Assembly (NCBI GenBank): GCA_018242405.1
Contig: JAFEBZ010000217.1
Coordinates: 515 to 64,514 of the forward strand
DNA: 64,000 nt
Source of the DNA: Pseudomonadota bacterium
Lineage (GTDB): Bacteria; Pseudomonadota; Gammaproteobacteria; Xanthomonadales; Xanthomonadaceae
Direction of reading: 5' to 3'
Shown: positions 16,966-26,612 of the stretch, one piece after another
How positions within the stretch are numbered: the first letter of the stretch is position 1
How the letters are laid out: the number at the start of each line of letters is the position of its first letter
The notes under the pieces: model-generated
What the model was told of the DNA's origin: nothing
Databases searched by the model: none
The model's input: the letters and a program-made list of their open reading frames with translations, nothing else
Program-made: the position numbers and the translations under genes

Positions 16966-18806
16966 TCGCGTTCGTCGTCCAGCGCGACGAATCCGCCGGT
17001 CTGGCGCTGCCACAACCTCGCATAAAGACCGCCATGCGCGATCAGTTCGGCGTGGCTGCCGGTTTCGACGATGCGCCCCTTGTCCATCACCACCAAGCGA
17101 TCCATCCGCGCGATGGTGGAGAGGCGGTGCGCGATCGCGATCACCGTCTTGCCCTGCATCAGATGGTCGAGACTGTCCTGGATCGCTGCTTCGACATCGG
17201 AATCGAGCGCCGAAGTCGCCTCGTCCAGCACCAGAATCGGCGCATCCTTCAACAGCACGCGTGCGATCGCGATGCGTTGGCGCTGCCCGCCTGAAAGCTT
17301 GACGCCACGTTCGCCAACGTGCGCTTCATAGCCACCACGACCATCGCTGTCGACCAGCTCCGGGATGAACTGGTCGGCGCGCGCACCATGCACGGCTGCC
17401 GCCAGTTGTTCCGGCGTCGCGCCCGGACGCCCGTACAGCAGGTTGTCGCGGATCGAACGGTGCAGCAGCGAAGTGTCCTGCGTGACCATGCCGATCTGCG
17501 CGCGCAGACTCGCCTGCGTGACTTGCGCGATGTCCTGGCCGTCGATCAGGATGCGGCCGGATTCAAGGTCGTAGAGGCGCAGCAGCAGGTTGACCAGCGT
17601 GGTCTTGCCGGCACCCGAAGGACCGACCAGTCCGACCTTCTCGCCCGGCGCGATGTGCAGGTTCAATCCCGCCATCACGCCGCCGGCCTTGCCGTAATGG
17701 AAATGCACGTCATCGAAACGCACTTCCCCGCGCGACACCACCAGCGGTTTCGCATCCGCCGCATCGACCACGGTCAGCGGCTGCGCCACGGTGAGCATGC
17801 CGTCCTGCACGGTACCGATCGCTTCGAAAATGCCGTTGACCACCCACATGATCCAGCCCGACATGTTGCTGATGCGGATGGCGAGGCCAGTCGACAGCGC
17901 GATCGCGCCCGCGCTCACCCTGCCCTGCGACCACAGCCACAAGCCGAGCGCGCCGGTGCCGGCGATCATCAGGCCGTTGAGCGTGGTGATCGCAACGTCC
18001 ATCGCCGTGGTCAGGCGCGTCATCGCCCGCACCTTGTCGACGTTCTCCTGCACCGACTCGCGGACGTATTCGTCTTCCAGTCCGGCGTGCGGGAACAGCT
18101 TGAGGGTCGCGGCATTGGTGTAACCGTCGACCACGCGACCCATGAATTTCGATTTCGCGGTGGACGCCGCCAGCGAACGCACCTTGGTCTTCGGCACGAA
18201 GTACCACAGCAATGCGATGTAGCCGAACAGCCACAGCACCAGCGGCACGGTGAGCCGCGGGTCGGCCTTGGCGAACAGGTACAAGGCTGTGAACGTGTAG
18301 ATGATGACGTACCACAACGCGTCAACGATCTGCGCCGCAGATTCGCGCAGCGACGCACCGGTCTGCATGATGCGATTGGCGATGCGCCCGGCGAAATCGT
18401 TGTGGAAGAACGCCATGCTCTGGCGGTTGACGTAGCGATGTTGCTGCCAGCGAATGCGCGCGGTGAACGACGGCACCAGCGACTGGTTGACCAGCATGTC
18501 GTGGATGCCGAGCAGCAGCGGCCGCGCGACCACGGTGACGAAGGCCATCCACATCAACTCATGGCCGTGGACGCGGAAGAAATCCGGTGCCGCCATGTGG
18601 CCGGCCATGTCGACCAGCTTGCCGACGAAGTCGAACAGCGAGACCTCGACTACTGCGACGAAGAACCCGACCACGCAGATCGCGGCGAGGATGCCGCGTA
18701 CCTGGCGCAGGTAATGCCAGTAGAAGCGCCAGATCGACGACGGCGGCGTGCCGTCGTGGCCGGGCGCGAAGGGATCGACGAGTTTTTCGAACCAGCGGAA
18801 GATCAT
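16962..18806 (-). CDS. ABC exporter, fused permease/ATPase
   Basis: N-terminal TM domain; GPSGAGKT, LSGGQRQR, ILVLDEATSALD, IAHRLST. Confidence 0.93.
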   Translation of the reverse strand: MIFRWFEKLVDPFAPGHDGTPPSSIWRFYWHYLRQVRGILAAICVVGFFVAVVEVSLFDFVGKLVDMAGHMAAPDFFRVHGHELMWMAFVTVVARPLLLGIHDMLVNQSLVPSFTARIRWQQHRYVNRQSMAFFHNDFAGRIANRIMQTGASLRESAAQIVDALWYVIIYTFTALYLFAKADPRLTVPLVLWLFGYIALLWYFVPKTKVRSLAASTAKSKFMGRVVDGYTNAATLKLFPHAGLEDEYVRESVQENVDKVRAMTRLTTAMDVAITTLNGLMIAGTGALGLWLWSQGRVSAGAIALSTGLAIRISNMSGWIMWVVNGIFEAIGTVQDGMLTVAQPLTVVDAADAKPLVVSRGEVRFDDVHFHYGKAGGVMAGLNLHIAPGEKVGLVGPSGAGKTTLVNLLLRLYDLESGRILIDGQDIAQVTQASLRAQIGMVTQDTSLLHRSIRDNLLYGRPGATPEQLAAAVHGARADQFIPELVDSDGRGGYEAHVGERGVKLSGGQRQRIAIARVLLKDAPILVLDEATSALDSDVEAAIQDSLDHLMQGKTVIAIAHRLSTIARMDRLVVMDKGRIVETGSHAELIAHGGLYARLWQRQTGGFVALDDERD

Positions 18807-18813
18807 TCCGCCA

Positions 18814-20040
18814 TTATGCCGACTTCAACATCTCCACCACTTCATCGGCAGGCGCCGGCCGCCCGATGATGTAGCCCTGCACCTGGTCGCAGCCGAGCTG
18901 CGTCAGCACATCGAGCGTCGCCTGGTCCTCCACTCCCTCGGCCACGCAATGGATGCCGAGGCGATGCGACATGTCGATCATCGACGCCACCAACTGGCGC
19001 AGGCGCGGATCGCGCGCAAGATCGGTGATGAACATGCGATCGATCTTGAGTTCCGAGACCGGGAAATCCTTGAGATAGGAGAAGGTGGCGTAGCCGCTGC
19101 CGAAATCGTCGATGGCGATGCCGATGCCCTTGTCCTTCAACCCGATCATCGATTCGATCACGGCGTCGATGTTGTTGGCGAAGGCGGTTTCGGTGATCTC
19201 CAGCATCAGCTGTTCCGGACGCACGTTCCAGATCGACAACGCGCGTTCGACCAGACTGCGGAAGCCGGCGTCGGCAGCAAACAACGGCGACACGTTCACC
19301 GCGCACACCACGTCGGGCGCGACCCGGCTCCACGTCGCCAGATGGCGCATCGCCGCGTGCAGGCTCCACACCGTGAGTTCGCCGATCAACCCGCTCTGCT
19401 CCGCCATCGGCACGAAATCCGCCGGCGACACCGAACGCCCGTCCGGCAATGTCCAGCGTGCCAGCGCCTCGAACGCGACTGTCCTGCCGGTCGCGATCTC
19501 GCGGATCGGCTGCAGGTGGAGCTGGAGCGCGTTCATCCGCAACGCTTCGGCCAGCACGCTGTGCCCGATCGGCGGACGCAACTCCTGGCCGCGCGCCATC
19601 TCGTAACCGTGGCGGGAATGGATCGCCCAGGCGCAGGCATGGTCGGCCGCCATCAGCATTTCTTCCGGCGTGCGCTCCTGCGGCGCCGACATCACGCCAC
19701 CGACGGTGACGCGCGCCAGCACCGAGTGACGATCGAGCTGGATCGGATGGTCGAACAGGCGCGCGATCTTGGCCGCCGCGAGTTCGGCATGCGCTTCGCC
19801 CCGCAACGCAGGCAGCAGGATGGCGAAGTCGCTTTCGCCGATATGGAACAGGACGTCGCCCGGGCGCAGGGCGTCGCGAATCAGCACCTCGGCTTCGCGT
19901 TGCAACTGTTCGCCAATCGCGTGCCCGAACGAGAGCTCGGTTTCGCGCAGTCGACGCAGGCGCACCACCAGCAGTCCGAACGGTTCGTCCCGGCGCATGG
20001 CCGCGGCCACCTCGGTGAGCACGCGGCGATACCCGCTCAC
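18814..20040 (-). CDS. Degenerate-GGDEF / EAL c-di-GMP phosphodiesterase
   Basis: GESDF in place of GGDEF; intact EALARW, VNVS, EITE, DDFGSG, KIDR, EGVE, QGY. Confidence 0.9.
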   Translation of the reverse strand: MSGYRRVLTEVAAAMRRDEPFGLLVVRLRRLRETELSFGHAIGEQLQREAEVLIRDALRPGDVLFHIGESDFAILLPALRGEAHAELAAAKIARLFDHPIQLDRHSVLARVTVGGVMSAPQERTPEEMLMAADHACAWAIHSRHGYEMARGQELRPPIGHSVLAEALRMNALQLHLQPIREIATGRTVAFEALARWTLPDGRSVSPADFVPMAEQSGLIGELTVWSLHAAMRHLATWSRVAPDVVCAVNVSPLFAADAGFRSLVERALSIWNVRPEQLMLEITETAFANNIDAVIESMIGLKDKGIGIAIDDFGSGYATFSYLKDFPVSELKIDRMFITDLARDPRLRQLVASMIDMSHRLGIHCVAEGVEDQATLDVLTQLGCDQVQGYIIGRPAPADEVVEMLKSA

Positions 20041-21263
20041 AGGAAAAACTCCGTCGGATCCAGCCCATGGCTGTTGCTGGGCACGCTGCGGACGATGGCG
20101 AGGCGCTCGCCATTCTCGTCCACTTCATTGCCGAGCAGGTTGAGCGGCACGAAGGGTTCGCGCAGCGTCTTGTCCGCCATTGTCAGCAGCATCAGGCGCG
20201 GACGCAGTCGGTGCGCATTGTTCTGGGCGACGACAATCCCGATTTCGCCACTGGTCAACTCCACCAGCGTGCCGACCGGATACACGCCGAGGCAGCGCAC
20301 GAACTCCTCCACCAGCTCGCCCTGGAACTGGCGGTCGCGGCCGCGATACAACTCGCGCAACGCGGCGTCGCGCGTCATCGCCGCGCGATATGGGCGATCA
20401 CTGGACATCGCGTCGAAGGCGTCGACGATCGCGGCAATGCGCCCACTGAGCGGAATCGCGGTCCCGGCGAGCCGGCGCGGATAACCGCTGCCGTCGAAGA
20501 ATTCGTGGTGGCAGGCCAGCATGTCGCGCGCTTCGACATCGCTGAAACCGGCGGCATCGAAACGCCGACAGCCCTCCTCGACGTGGTTGCGCATCTCCAT
20601 CGCCTGCGATGCGTGCAGCATGCCGGGACGATCGACCACGTTTGCCGGAACGCTGGCCATGCCGATGTCCATCAGCAGGCCGCCACGCGCCAGCGACAGC
20701 AACCCGCTTTCCGGGTAGGACAGCGCGCGACCGAAGGCGATCGCCAGCGCGCAACAGTTGGTGGCGTGGCGATAGGCGTAGTCGGAATGGCGCTTCAACG
20801 CCATCAACCAGAAATAGGCGTCCTGGTTGCGCGTCACCGCTGCAACCACCGGCGTGATCGCGGCGTCGACGCTGCGCTGGTCGAGCGTGTCGTGGCTGCG
20901 CAGCGCATCCAGCAACACCGAGGCCTGCTGGGTGAAGGTGGTGAATGTCTTGTCGGCGACGCGCACTTCGCGCTCGAAGCGCTGCTGGAACGCCTGCTCG
21001 TCCTGCACGCGCTCGGCGCGGGTGACGATGCGATCGCTGCGTGGCGTCAAGGTCAGCAGGCGACGACGCTGCGCCGGCTCGCACAGCTCGACATCGATGA
21101 AGACCACGCTGCTCCAGCGCTCGATTTCGCGCACGTCATCGTCATCGCGCACCAGGAAGCCCTGCAACGGGAACGGCGTGCCTTCCCACGACCGATCGAG
21201 CCGGCACACATACATGCCCGGCTGCAATTGGTCGACGTCGATCCGGCGTTCCTCGATCCTCAT
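20037..21263 (-). CDS. HD-GYP domain protein (DUF3391-like N-terminus)
   Basis: LQPGMYV..LD..W..TPF..QGF N-terminus; HHE.FDGSGYP, IVDAFDAM.SDRPY; HD position reads MD. Confidence 0.88.
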   Translation of the reverse strand: MRIEERRIDVDQLQPGMYVCRLDRSWEGTPFPLQGFLVRDDDDVREIERWSSVVFIDVELCEPAQRRRLLTLTPRSDRIVTRAERVQDEQAFQQRFEREVRVADKTFTTFTQQASVLLDALRSHDTLDQRSVDAAITPVVAAVTRNQDAYFWLMALKRHSDYAYRHATNCCALAIAFGRALSYPESGLLSLARGGLLMDIGMASVPANVVDRPGMLHASQAMEMRNHVEEGCRRFDAAGFSDVEARDMLACHHEFFDGSGYPRRLAGTAIPLSGRIAAIVDAFDAMSSDRPYRAAMTRDAALRELYRGRDRQFQGELVEEFVRCLGVYPVGTLVELTSGEIGIVVAQNNAHRLRPRLMLLTMADKTLREPFVPLNLLGNEVDENGERLAIVRSVPSNSHGLDPTEFFL

Positions 21264-21281
21264 GCGTTGGCGTGCGTCCGG

Positions 21282-22895
21282 TTATTTGGCCGGGGTCAGG
21301 CGCAGGTCCTGGAAATCGAAACTGAAATCGGTGAGCGGCGACACCGGCTCCATCCGCACCTCGCGCACCTTGCCGTCGGCGTCCAGCGCGTAATTGACGA
21401 AAGCGTCGGCGTTCAATGCACGTTCGCGCCAGTGCACAATGAAGGTATCGTGCTGCCACGGCTCCATGTCGCCGACGAGTTCCGCCGTCTTCGCGAAGCG
21501 CATCTCCAGCCCCTTCGCCCCCTGCTTCACCACCACGTCGCCGTACCACGGGTCGCGGTAGGTGCCGGCATAACCAGACAGCGGCAACGACGGTTTCGAT
21601 TTGACGTCACGTGCGGCCAGGTGCTTCTTCCAACTGTCGTCGGAATCACCGGAAGCCTTGGCCACCGCCTTGGCATACGCGCCCAGCCAGTCGTAATCGG
21701 CGCGGCCGAGCAGGATGTCGAGCGCCTTGTAGGTCACGGCATTGAATGCGGCACCGACTTCCTGGTTGGTCAGCACCACCACGCCAAGCTTGCGATCGGG
21801 CACCAGCGTCAAGCGCGAGACCATGCCCGGCCAGCCGCCGGTATGCCAGACCAGGCGATTGCCGGCGTAATCGCTGAGGAACCAGCCTTCGCCATAGCCG
21901 CTGAAGTTGGGCACGGCCGGTTGCAGTTCCGGAACCGAAGGCTTGCCGACCGCGATCGGCGTCAGCACCGACCACATCTGGCGCTGGCTCTTCTCGTTGA
22001 ACAGGCGCTTGTCGCTGCCGGGAATCACGCCGCCGGCGAGTTGCGCGTTCATCCACCGGGTCAAATCGTGGACGCTGGAATACACGCCGCCCGCACCCGA
22101 GGCATTGCGCCAGGTGGTGACGCCGACGGTCTTCAGTTCCTTGAAATTGAACTTGGCGTGGCCGGTGGCGACATTGTCGCCGGGCTTGAGGTCATCACTG
22201 TTGTAGCGCGTCTCCGTCATGCCCAGCGGAGTGAAGAAACGCGTCTGCAGGAACTGCTTGTACGACATGCCGCTGGCGTTCTCGATCACCAGCTGAGCGA
22301 CCGCGAACAGGATGTTGTCGTAGGCGTACTGGGCGCGGAACTGGCCGGTGATCGGCACGTTGCGCAGGCGTTCGGCGACTTCGCGCGTGGTGTAGGTCGA
22401 GGTCGGCCAGTAGAGGAGATCGCCGGCGCCGAGGCTCAGGCCGCTGCGATGCGCCAGCAGGTCGCGGATGCGCATGTCGTTGGTGATGTAGGGATCGGAC
22501 ATGCGGAACCACGGCAGGTGGTCGATCACCCGGTCGTTCATGTCGAGCTTGCCGTCCTCGGCCAGCATCTGCAGCGAAGCCGCGGTGAACGCCTTGGTGT
22601 TCGATGCAATGGCGAACATGGTGTGGGCATCGACCGGCTTGCCGTCGTCGATGTTGCGCAGGCCGTAGCCCTTTTCCATCACCACCTTGCCGTCCTGCAC
22701 GATCGCGACGGCGATCCCCGGCACGTCGAACTGCTTGCGCACGGCGTCGACGTAGGCATCGAAGGCGGCCAGGCGCGCCGGATCGATTGCCGCGGACTGG
22801 CTAGCCGGGGCGTTTGCAGCCTGCGGCGCGGCCGTGGCCACGGCGCACACAGCGAACAGCGTCACGGCCAGAAAGCTGCGGAAAATCAGATGCAT
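21282..22895 (-). CDS. Exported serine hydrolase (beta-lactamase/AmpC-like) with C-terminal domain
   Basis: ASNTK (SxxK), YDN, HTGG; signal peptide; YAGTYRDPWYG C-terminal domain. Confidence 0.88.
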   Translation of the reverse strand: MHLIFRSFLAVTLFAVCAVATAAPQAANAPASQSAAIDPARLAAFDAYVDAVRKQFDVPGIAVAIVQDGKVVMEKGYGLRNIDDGKPVDAHTMFAIASNTKAFTAASLQMLAEDGKLDMNDRVIDHLPWFRMSDPYITNDMRIRDLLAHRSGLSLGAGDLLYWPTSTYTTREVAERLRNVPITGQFRAQYAYDNILFAVAQLVIENASGMSYKQFLQTRFFTPLGMTETRYNSDDLKPGDNVATGHAKFNFKELKTVGVTTWRNASGAGGVYSSVHDLTRWMNAQLAGGVIPGSDKRLFNEKSQRQMWSVLTPIAVGKPSVPELQPAVPNFSGYGEGWFLSDYAGNRLVWHTGGWPGMVSRLTLVPDRKLGVVVLTNQEVGAAFNAVTYKALDILLGRADYDWLGAYAKAVAKASGDSDDSWKKHLAARDVKSKPSLPLSGYAGTYRDPWYGDVVVKQGAKGLEMRFAKTAELVGDMEPWQHDTFIVHWRERALNADAFVNYALDADGKVREVRMEPVSPLTDFSFDFQDLRLTPAK

Positions 22896-22998
22896 AGTGC
22901 GACCCCTGTTCCAATCCGATCCTGCAAGCGTAGCCGATCCCACAGTTCGCGCAATCGGCACTTGCACAAGCGCCTCGAATGCGCATCCAATCGCGGCC

Positions 22999-23817
22999 AT
23001 GAACAGGACGACTGAAGCCATACGGATTGGCATCGGCGGCTGGGTATACGAGCCGTGGCGGGGCCGCTTCTATCCCAAGGGGTGGCAGCAACGGCGAGAA
23101 CTGGAATACGCCAGCCGCCATGTCACCAGCATCGAGATCAACAGCACCTACTACGCGGCGCAGAAGCCCGAGACCTATGCGCGCTGGCGCGATGCCGTGC
23201 CCGATGGCTTCGTGTTCAGCGCGAAAGCACCCAAGCGCATCACCCAGTCGCGCCAGCTGTCGGCCACGGGCGGGCAAATCGCCGCGTTCCTCGGTGACCT
23301 CGCCCATTTGCGCGATCGCCTGGGGCCGGTGGTGTGGCAGCTCGATCGCAATGCCCAGGTCGACCGCGACGATTTCATCGCCTTCCTCGATCTGATCCCG
23401 GACGCGCTGGATGGCAGTCGCCTGCGCCATGTCCTCGACGTGCGCGACGCCGCCTTCGTCAATGCCGACTATGTCGCCCTCGCCCGCGCGCGCGGCATGG
23501 CAATTGTCCACACCGATGCGCCCGACCTGCCGCAGATCGCCGACATCACCGGCGATCTCGTCTATGCGCGCCTGATGCGCAGCCGTGCCTGGGTCGCCAG
23601 CGGTTACCCCGACGAGGAGCTCGCCGCCTGGGCGACACTGGCGCAACGCTGGGCCAATGGCGAAGACCCCGCGGAGTTGCCGCATGTGTCGCCGGTCGCA
23701 GCGCCGGTGCAGCCGCGCGAAGTCTTCCTCTATTTCATCAGCGCCGCCAAGGAACGCAATCCGGCCGCCGCGATGGCCCTGCTGTCGCGATTGGGGATCG
23801 ATACGCCGGGGATGTGA
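22999..23817 (+). CDS. DUF72 (YecE-like) protein
   Basis: IRIGIGGWVYEPWRGRFYP, EINSTYY, FSAKAP, YARL. Confidence 0.88.
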   Translation: MNRTTEAIRIGIGGWVYEPWRGRFYPKGWQQRRELEYASRHVTSIEINSTYYAAQKPETYARWRDAVPDGFVFSAKAPKRITQSRQLSATGGQIAAFLGDLAHLRDRLGPVVWQLDRNAQVDRDDFIAFLDLIPDALDGSRLRHVLDVRDAAFVNADYVALARARGMAIVHTDAPDLPQIADITGDLVYARLMRSRAWVASGYPDEELAAWATLAQRWANGEDPAELPHVSPVAAPVQPREVFLYFISAAKERNPAAAMALLSRLGIDTPGM

Positions 23818-23887
23818 GAAACCGTCGCTCGCCGCGAATCACTACGATAACGGGCGCCTATCGCGGCCCCGCAACCGTGGCAGAGGA

Positions 23888-24406
23888 ATGGACGAAGCGA
23901 TGCAAATGTCGGCGATCGACCTGGAAACCCGGGAAGCGTTCGGCGCCCTGCTGGAGCGCCATCGCGGCATCCTGTTCAAGGTCGCGAACGCGTGGACGCG
24001 CCTGCCGGAAGACCGTGCCGACCTGATCCAGGAAATCGCCATGCAGCTATGGCGCGCGTGGCCGAAATACGATCCGGCACGCAGCTTCTCGACCTGGATG
24101 TACCGGATCGCCTTGAATGTCGCGATCAGCTTCGGTCGCGGCGACGGCCGTCGTCGGCGCCACCTGGTACCGCTCGATGATGAACACGATATCGCTGACC
24201 ACAACGCGACCGACCACGAAACCGAGCAGCAGATCGAACTGCTGCAGCGTTTCATCCGCGCGCAGAAACCGCTCGATCGCGCCTTGCTGATCCTCTACCT
24301 CGACGAGCGACCGCAACGCGAGATCGCCGACATCCTCGGCATCAGCGAAGCCAACGTCTCCACCAAGATCGGACGCCTGAAACAGCGCATCCGCAACGAA
24401 CTCTGA
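23888..24406 (+). CDS. ECF RNA polymerase sigma factor
   Basis: DLIQEI..LWRA, FSTWMYRIALN, EIADILGIS..NV; GAGGA SD. Confidence 0.9.
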   Translation: MDEAMQMSAIDLETREAFGALLERHRGILFKVANAWTRLPEDRADLIQEIAMQLWRAWPKYDPARSFSTWMYRIALNVAISFGRGDGRRRRHLVPLDDEHDIADHNATDHETEQQIELLQRFIRAQKPLDRALLILYLDERPQREIADILGISEANVSTKIGRLKQRIRNEL

Positions 24407-24435
24407 CGACACTCGACAACGGGATACCCATCATC

Positions 24436-25092
24436 ATGGAACTCGACGACATCAAGACCGCCTGGCAATCGATCGATCACCGCCTGCAGCTGGACAATGC
24501 GTTGCGGCTCAACGACCTGCGCGAACGCACGCTCGACAAGACGCGACGCAAACTGCGGCCAGTGTTCTGGGGGCAGATCGCACAGATCCTGTTCGGCCTG
24601 CTCTTCGTGCTGCTGGCGACATTGCTGTGGCGGCACGGCACCACGTCGATCGCGACGATCCTCGCCGGCATCGTCGTCCACGCCTACGGCCTGGCGACGA
24701 TCATTTCCGCCGGGGTGATGCTGGGTCGCCTCCACGACATCGACAACTCGGCGCCAATCCTCGACATCCAGAAGCGGCTGTTGCGCGCCCGCACCTGGTA
24801 CGTGCGCAGCGGCATGATCGCCGGCCTGCCGTGGTGGTTCCTGTGGGTGCCGATCCTGATGACACTGGTCGGCTTGAAAGGCGGAAATCTCTACGCCGAT
24901 GCACCATCGATGGTGTGGATCGGCCTGGGGGTTGGCGCGGCCGGATTGCTCGCCACCTGGTGGTTCCACCGCTGGTCACGCAATCCGCGACGCCCCGATT
25001 TCGCCCGCAAGATGGACGACACGCTGACCGGCGGCAGCCTGCGCAAGGCGCTGGCGCAGGTCGAGGAACTCAGGCAGTTCGAGCAGGAGTGA
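24436..25092 (+). CDS. Putative membrane anti-sigma factor
   Basis: MELDDIKTAWQ N-terminus then about four TM segments, directly after the ECF sigma gene. Confidence 0.7.
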   Translation: MELDDIKTAWQSIDHRLQLDNALRLNDLRERTLDKTRRKLRPVFWGQIAQILFGLLFVLLATLLWRHGTTSIATILAGIVVHAYGLATIISAGVMLGRLHDIDNSAPILDIQKRLLRARTWYVRSGMIAGLPWWFLWVPILMTLVGLKGGNLYADAPSMVWIGLGVGAAGLLATWWFHRWSRNPRRPDFARKMDDTLTGGSLRKALAQVEELRQFEQE

Positions 25093-25110
25093 TATTGCGC
25101 TAATGCCGCA

Positions 25111-26520
25111 TCAAACCTTCGCCGTCTTCCAGTTGCCGCGACTGAACAGCCACAGCGTGAACAGTCCGACCGACGTTTCCGACACGAACGCCGCCCAGAA
25201 CACCCCGGTTTCCTTCCAGTCGAAGTGCAGCGCCAGCAGCCACGCCAGCGGAATCTGGATCAGCCAGAAGAACACCAGGTTGATGCGCGTCGGGGTGACG
25301 GTATCGCCGGCACCGTTGAAGGCCTGCACGCTGACCATCCACCAGCCGTAGACATACAGCGAATAGGAAAGGATGCGCAGCCATTCGGCGCCGACCTTGA
25401 CCACCGCGGGGTCATGGGTGAAGAAACCGACGAGCTGCTGCGGGAACAGGAAGAAGCACACGGCAATCACCAGCAGATAGGCCATGTTGTACCAGCCGAT
25501 GTGCCACACCGCTGCTTCCGCGCGCGCAGGTTCATTGGCGCCGAGATTCTGTCCGACCAGCGTCGCTGCCGCGTTCGACATGCCCCAGGCCGGCGTCATC
25601 GTGAACATCATCAGGCGAATGGCGATGGTCGCGCCTGCGACTGCAGCGCTACCGATGTCGGCGAGGATGCGCATCAGGAAGATCCACGCGGTCATCGCCA
25701 CGATCATCTGGCCGATCCCGCCCAGCGATGTCCGCACGATGTTCCACAACACTTCGCCGTGCAGCGCGATCTGCGAAGCCAGCACGCGGATGTGCTTGCC
25801 GCCACGAAACAACATCCACAGCTGGAACAGCACGCCACAGCCGCGACCGATGTTGGTGGCGATCGCCGCGCCTTCGATGCCGAGCGCTGGAACAGGCCCG
25901 TAACCGAGGATCAGCAGCGGGCACAGCAGGATGTTCAACCCGTTCGCCAGCCACAGCACGCGCATCGAGATCGCGGCATCACCAGCGCCGCGGAAGACCG
26001 CATTGATGACGAACAGCAGCAGGATCACCAGGTTGCCGCCCAGCATCCACTGCGTGTAGCGATAGCCGTGGGCGAGCGCCCACGCATCCGCGCCCATCAA
26101 TCGCAGCAAGTCCTTGGCGAACACGATGCCGGCGACCGCCACCGGCAATGCGACCAGCAGCGCGACGAAGATCGCCTGCACCGCGGAAATCGCCGCTTCT
26201 TCCTTCTTGCCCTCGCCGATGCGGCGCGCGATCACGGCCGTCACCGCCATCGCCAGGCCCATCGCCACGGCGTAGAGCAGGAACAGGTAGCTTTCGGTGA
26301 GGCCGACCGTGGCCACCGCCGACGGGCCCAGCTTGGCGACGAAGAAGATGTCGACCACCGCGAAGGTCGATTCCAGCACCAACTCGAGCACCATCGGCAC
26401 CGCCAGCAGCAGCACCGCACGACGCAACGGAATCTTGGTGTAGTCGGCCTCGGTACCGCGGATGGCATCGCGCAGTTCTCGCCACAACGAATGCGACGCG
26501 GCGATTTCGGGTGGTTGCAT
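25111..26520 (-). CDS. MATE family efflux transporter
   Basis: LAVPMVLE, VVDIFFVAKLG, RGAGD, AAATLVGQNLGA; about 12 TM segments. Confidence 0.92.
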   Translation of the reverse strand: MQPPEIAASHSLWRELRDAIRGTEADYTKIPLRRAVLLLAVPMVLELVLESTFAVVDIFFVAKLGPSAVATVGLTESYLFLLYAVAMGLAMAVTAVIARRIGEGKKEEAAISAVQAIFVALLVALPVAVAGIVFAKDLLRLMGADAWALAHGYRYTQWMLGGNLVILLLFVINAVFRGAGDAAISMRVLWLANGLNILLCPLLILGYGPVPALGIEGAAIATNIGRGCGVLFQLWMLFRGGKHIRVLASQIALHGEVLWNIVRTSLGGIGQMIVAMTAWIFLMRILADIGSAAVAGATIAIRLMMFTMTPAWGMSNAAATLVGQNLGANEPARAEAAVWHIGWYNMAYLLVIAVCFFLFPQQLVGFFTHDPAVVKVGAEWLRILSYSLYVYGWWMVSVQAFNGAGDTVTPTRINLVFFWLIQIPLAWLLALHFDWKETGVFWAAFVSETSVGLFTLWLFSRGNWKTAKV

Positions 26521-26612
26521 CACAGACTCCGTGGCGCGTCGACGATGTTATCGACGATAACATGCGGATTGTTGCGCTCGCAACCCGGCCACTGCCCTGC
26601 GATCATTGCGGG

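Noticed and set aside
21282-22895. Beta-lactamase-family genes (also 53909-55420) as resistance determinants
   Set aside because: SxxK hydrolases of this size are often peptidases or esterases; sequence alone does not support a resistance call.
20067-23015. 982-aa plus-strand ORF and similar long antisense ORFs (13210-15447, 25225-26616, 51192-52595, 56984-58813, 62220-63956)
   Set aside because: They mirror well-supported genes on the opposite strand, have no motifs, and are expected from high-GC codon bias.
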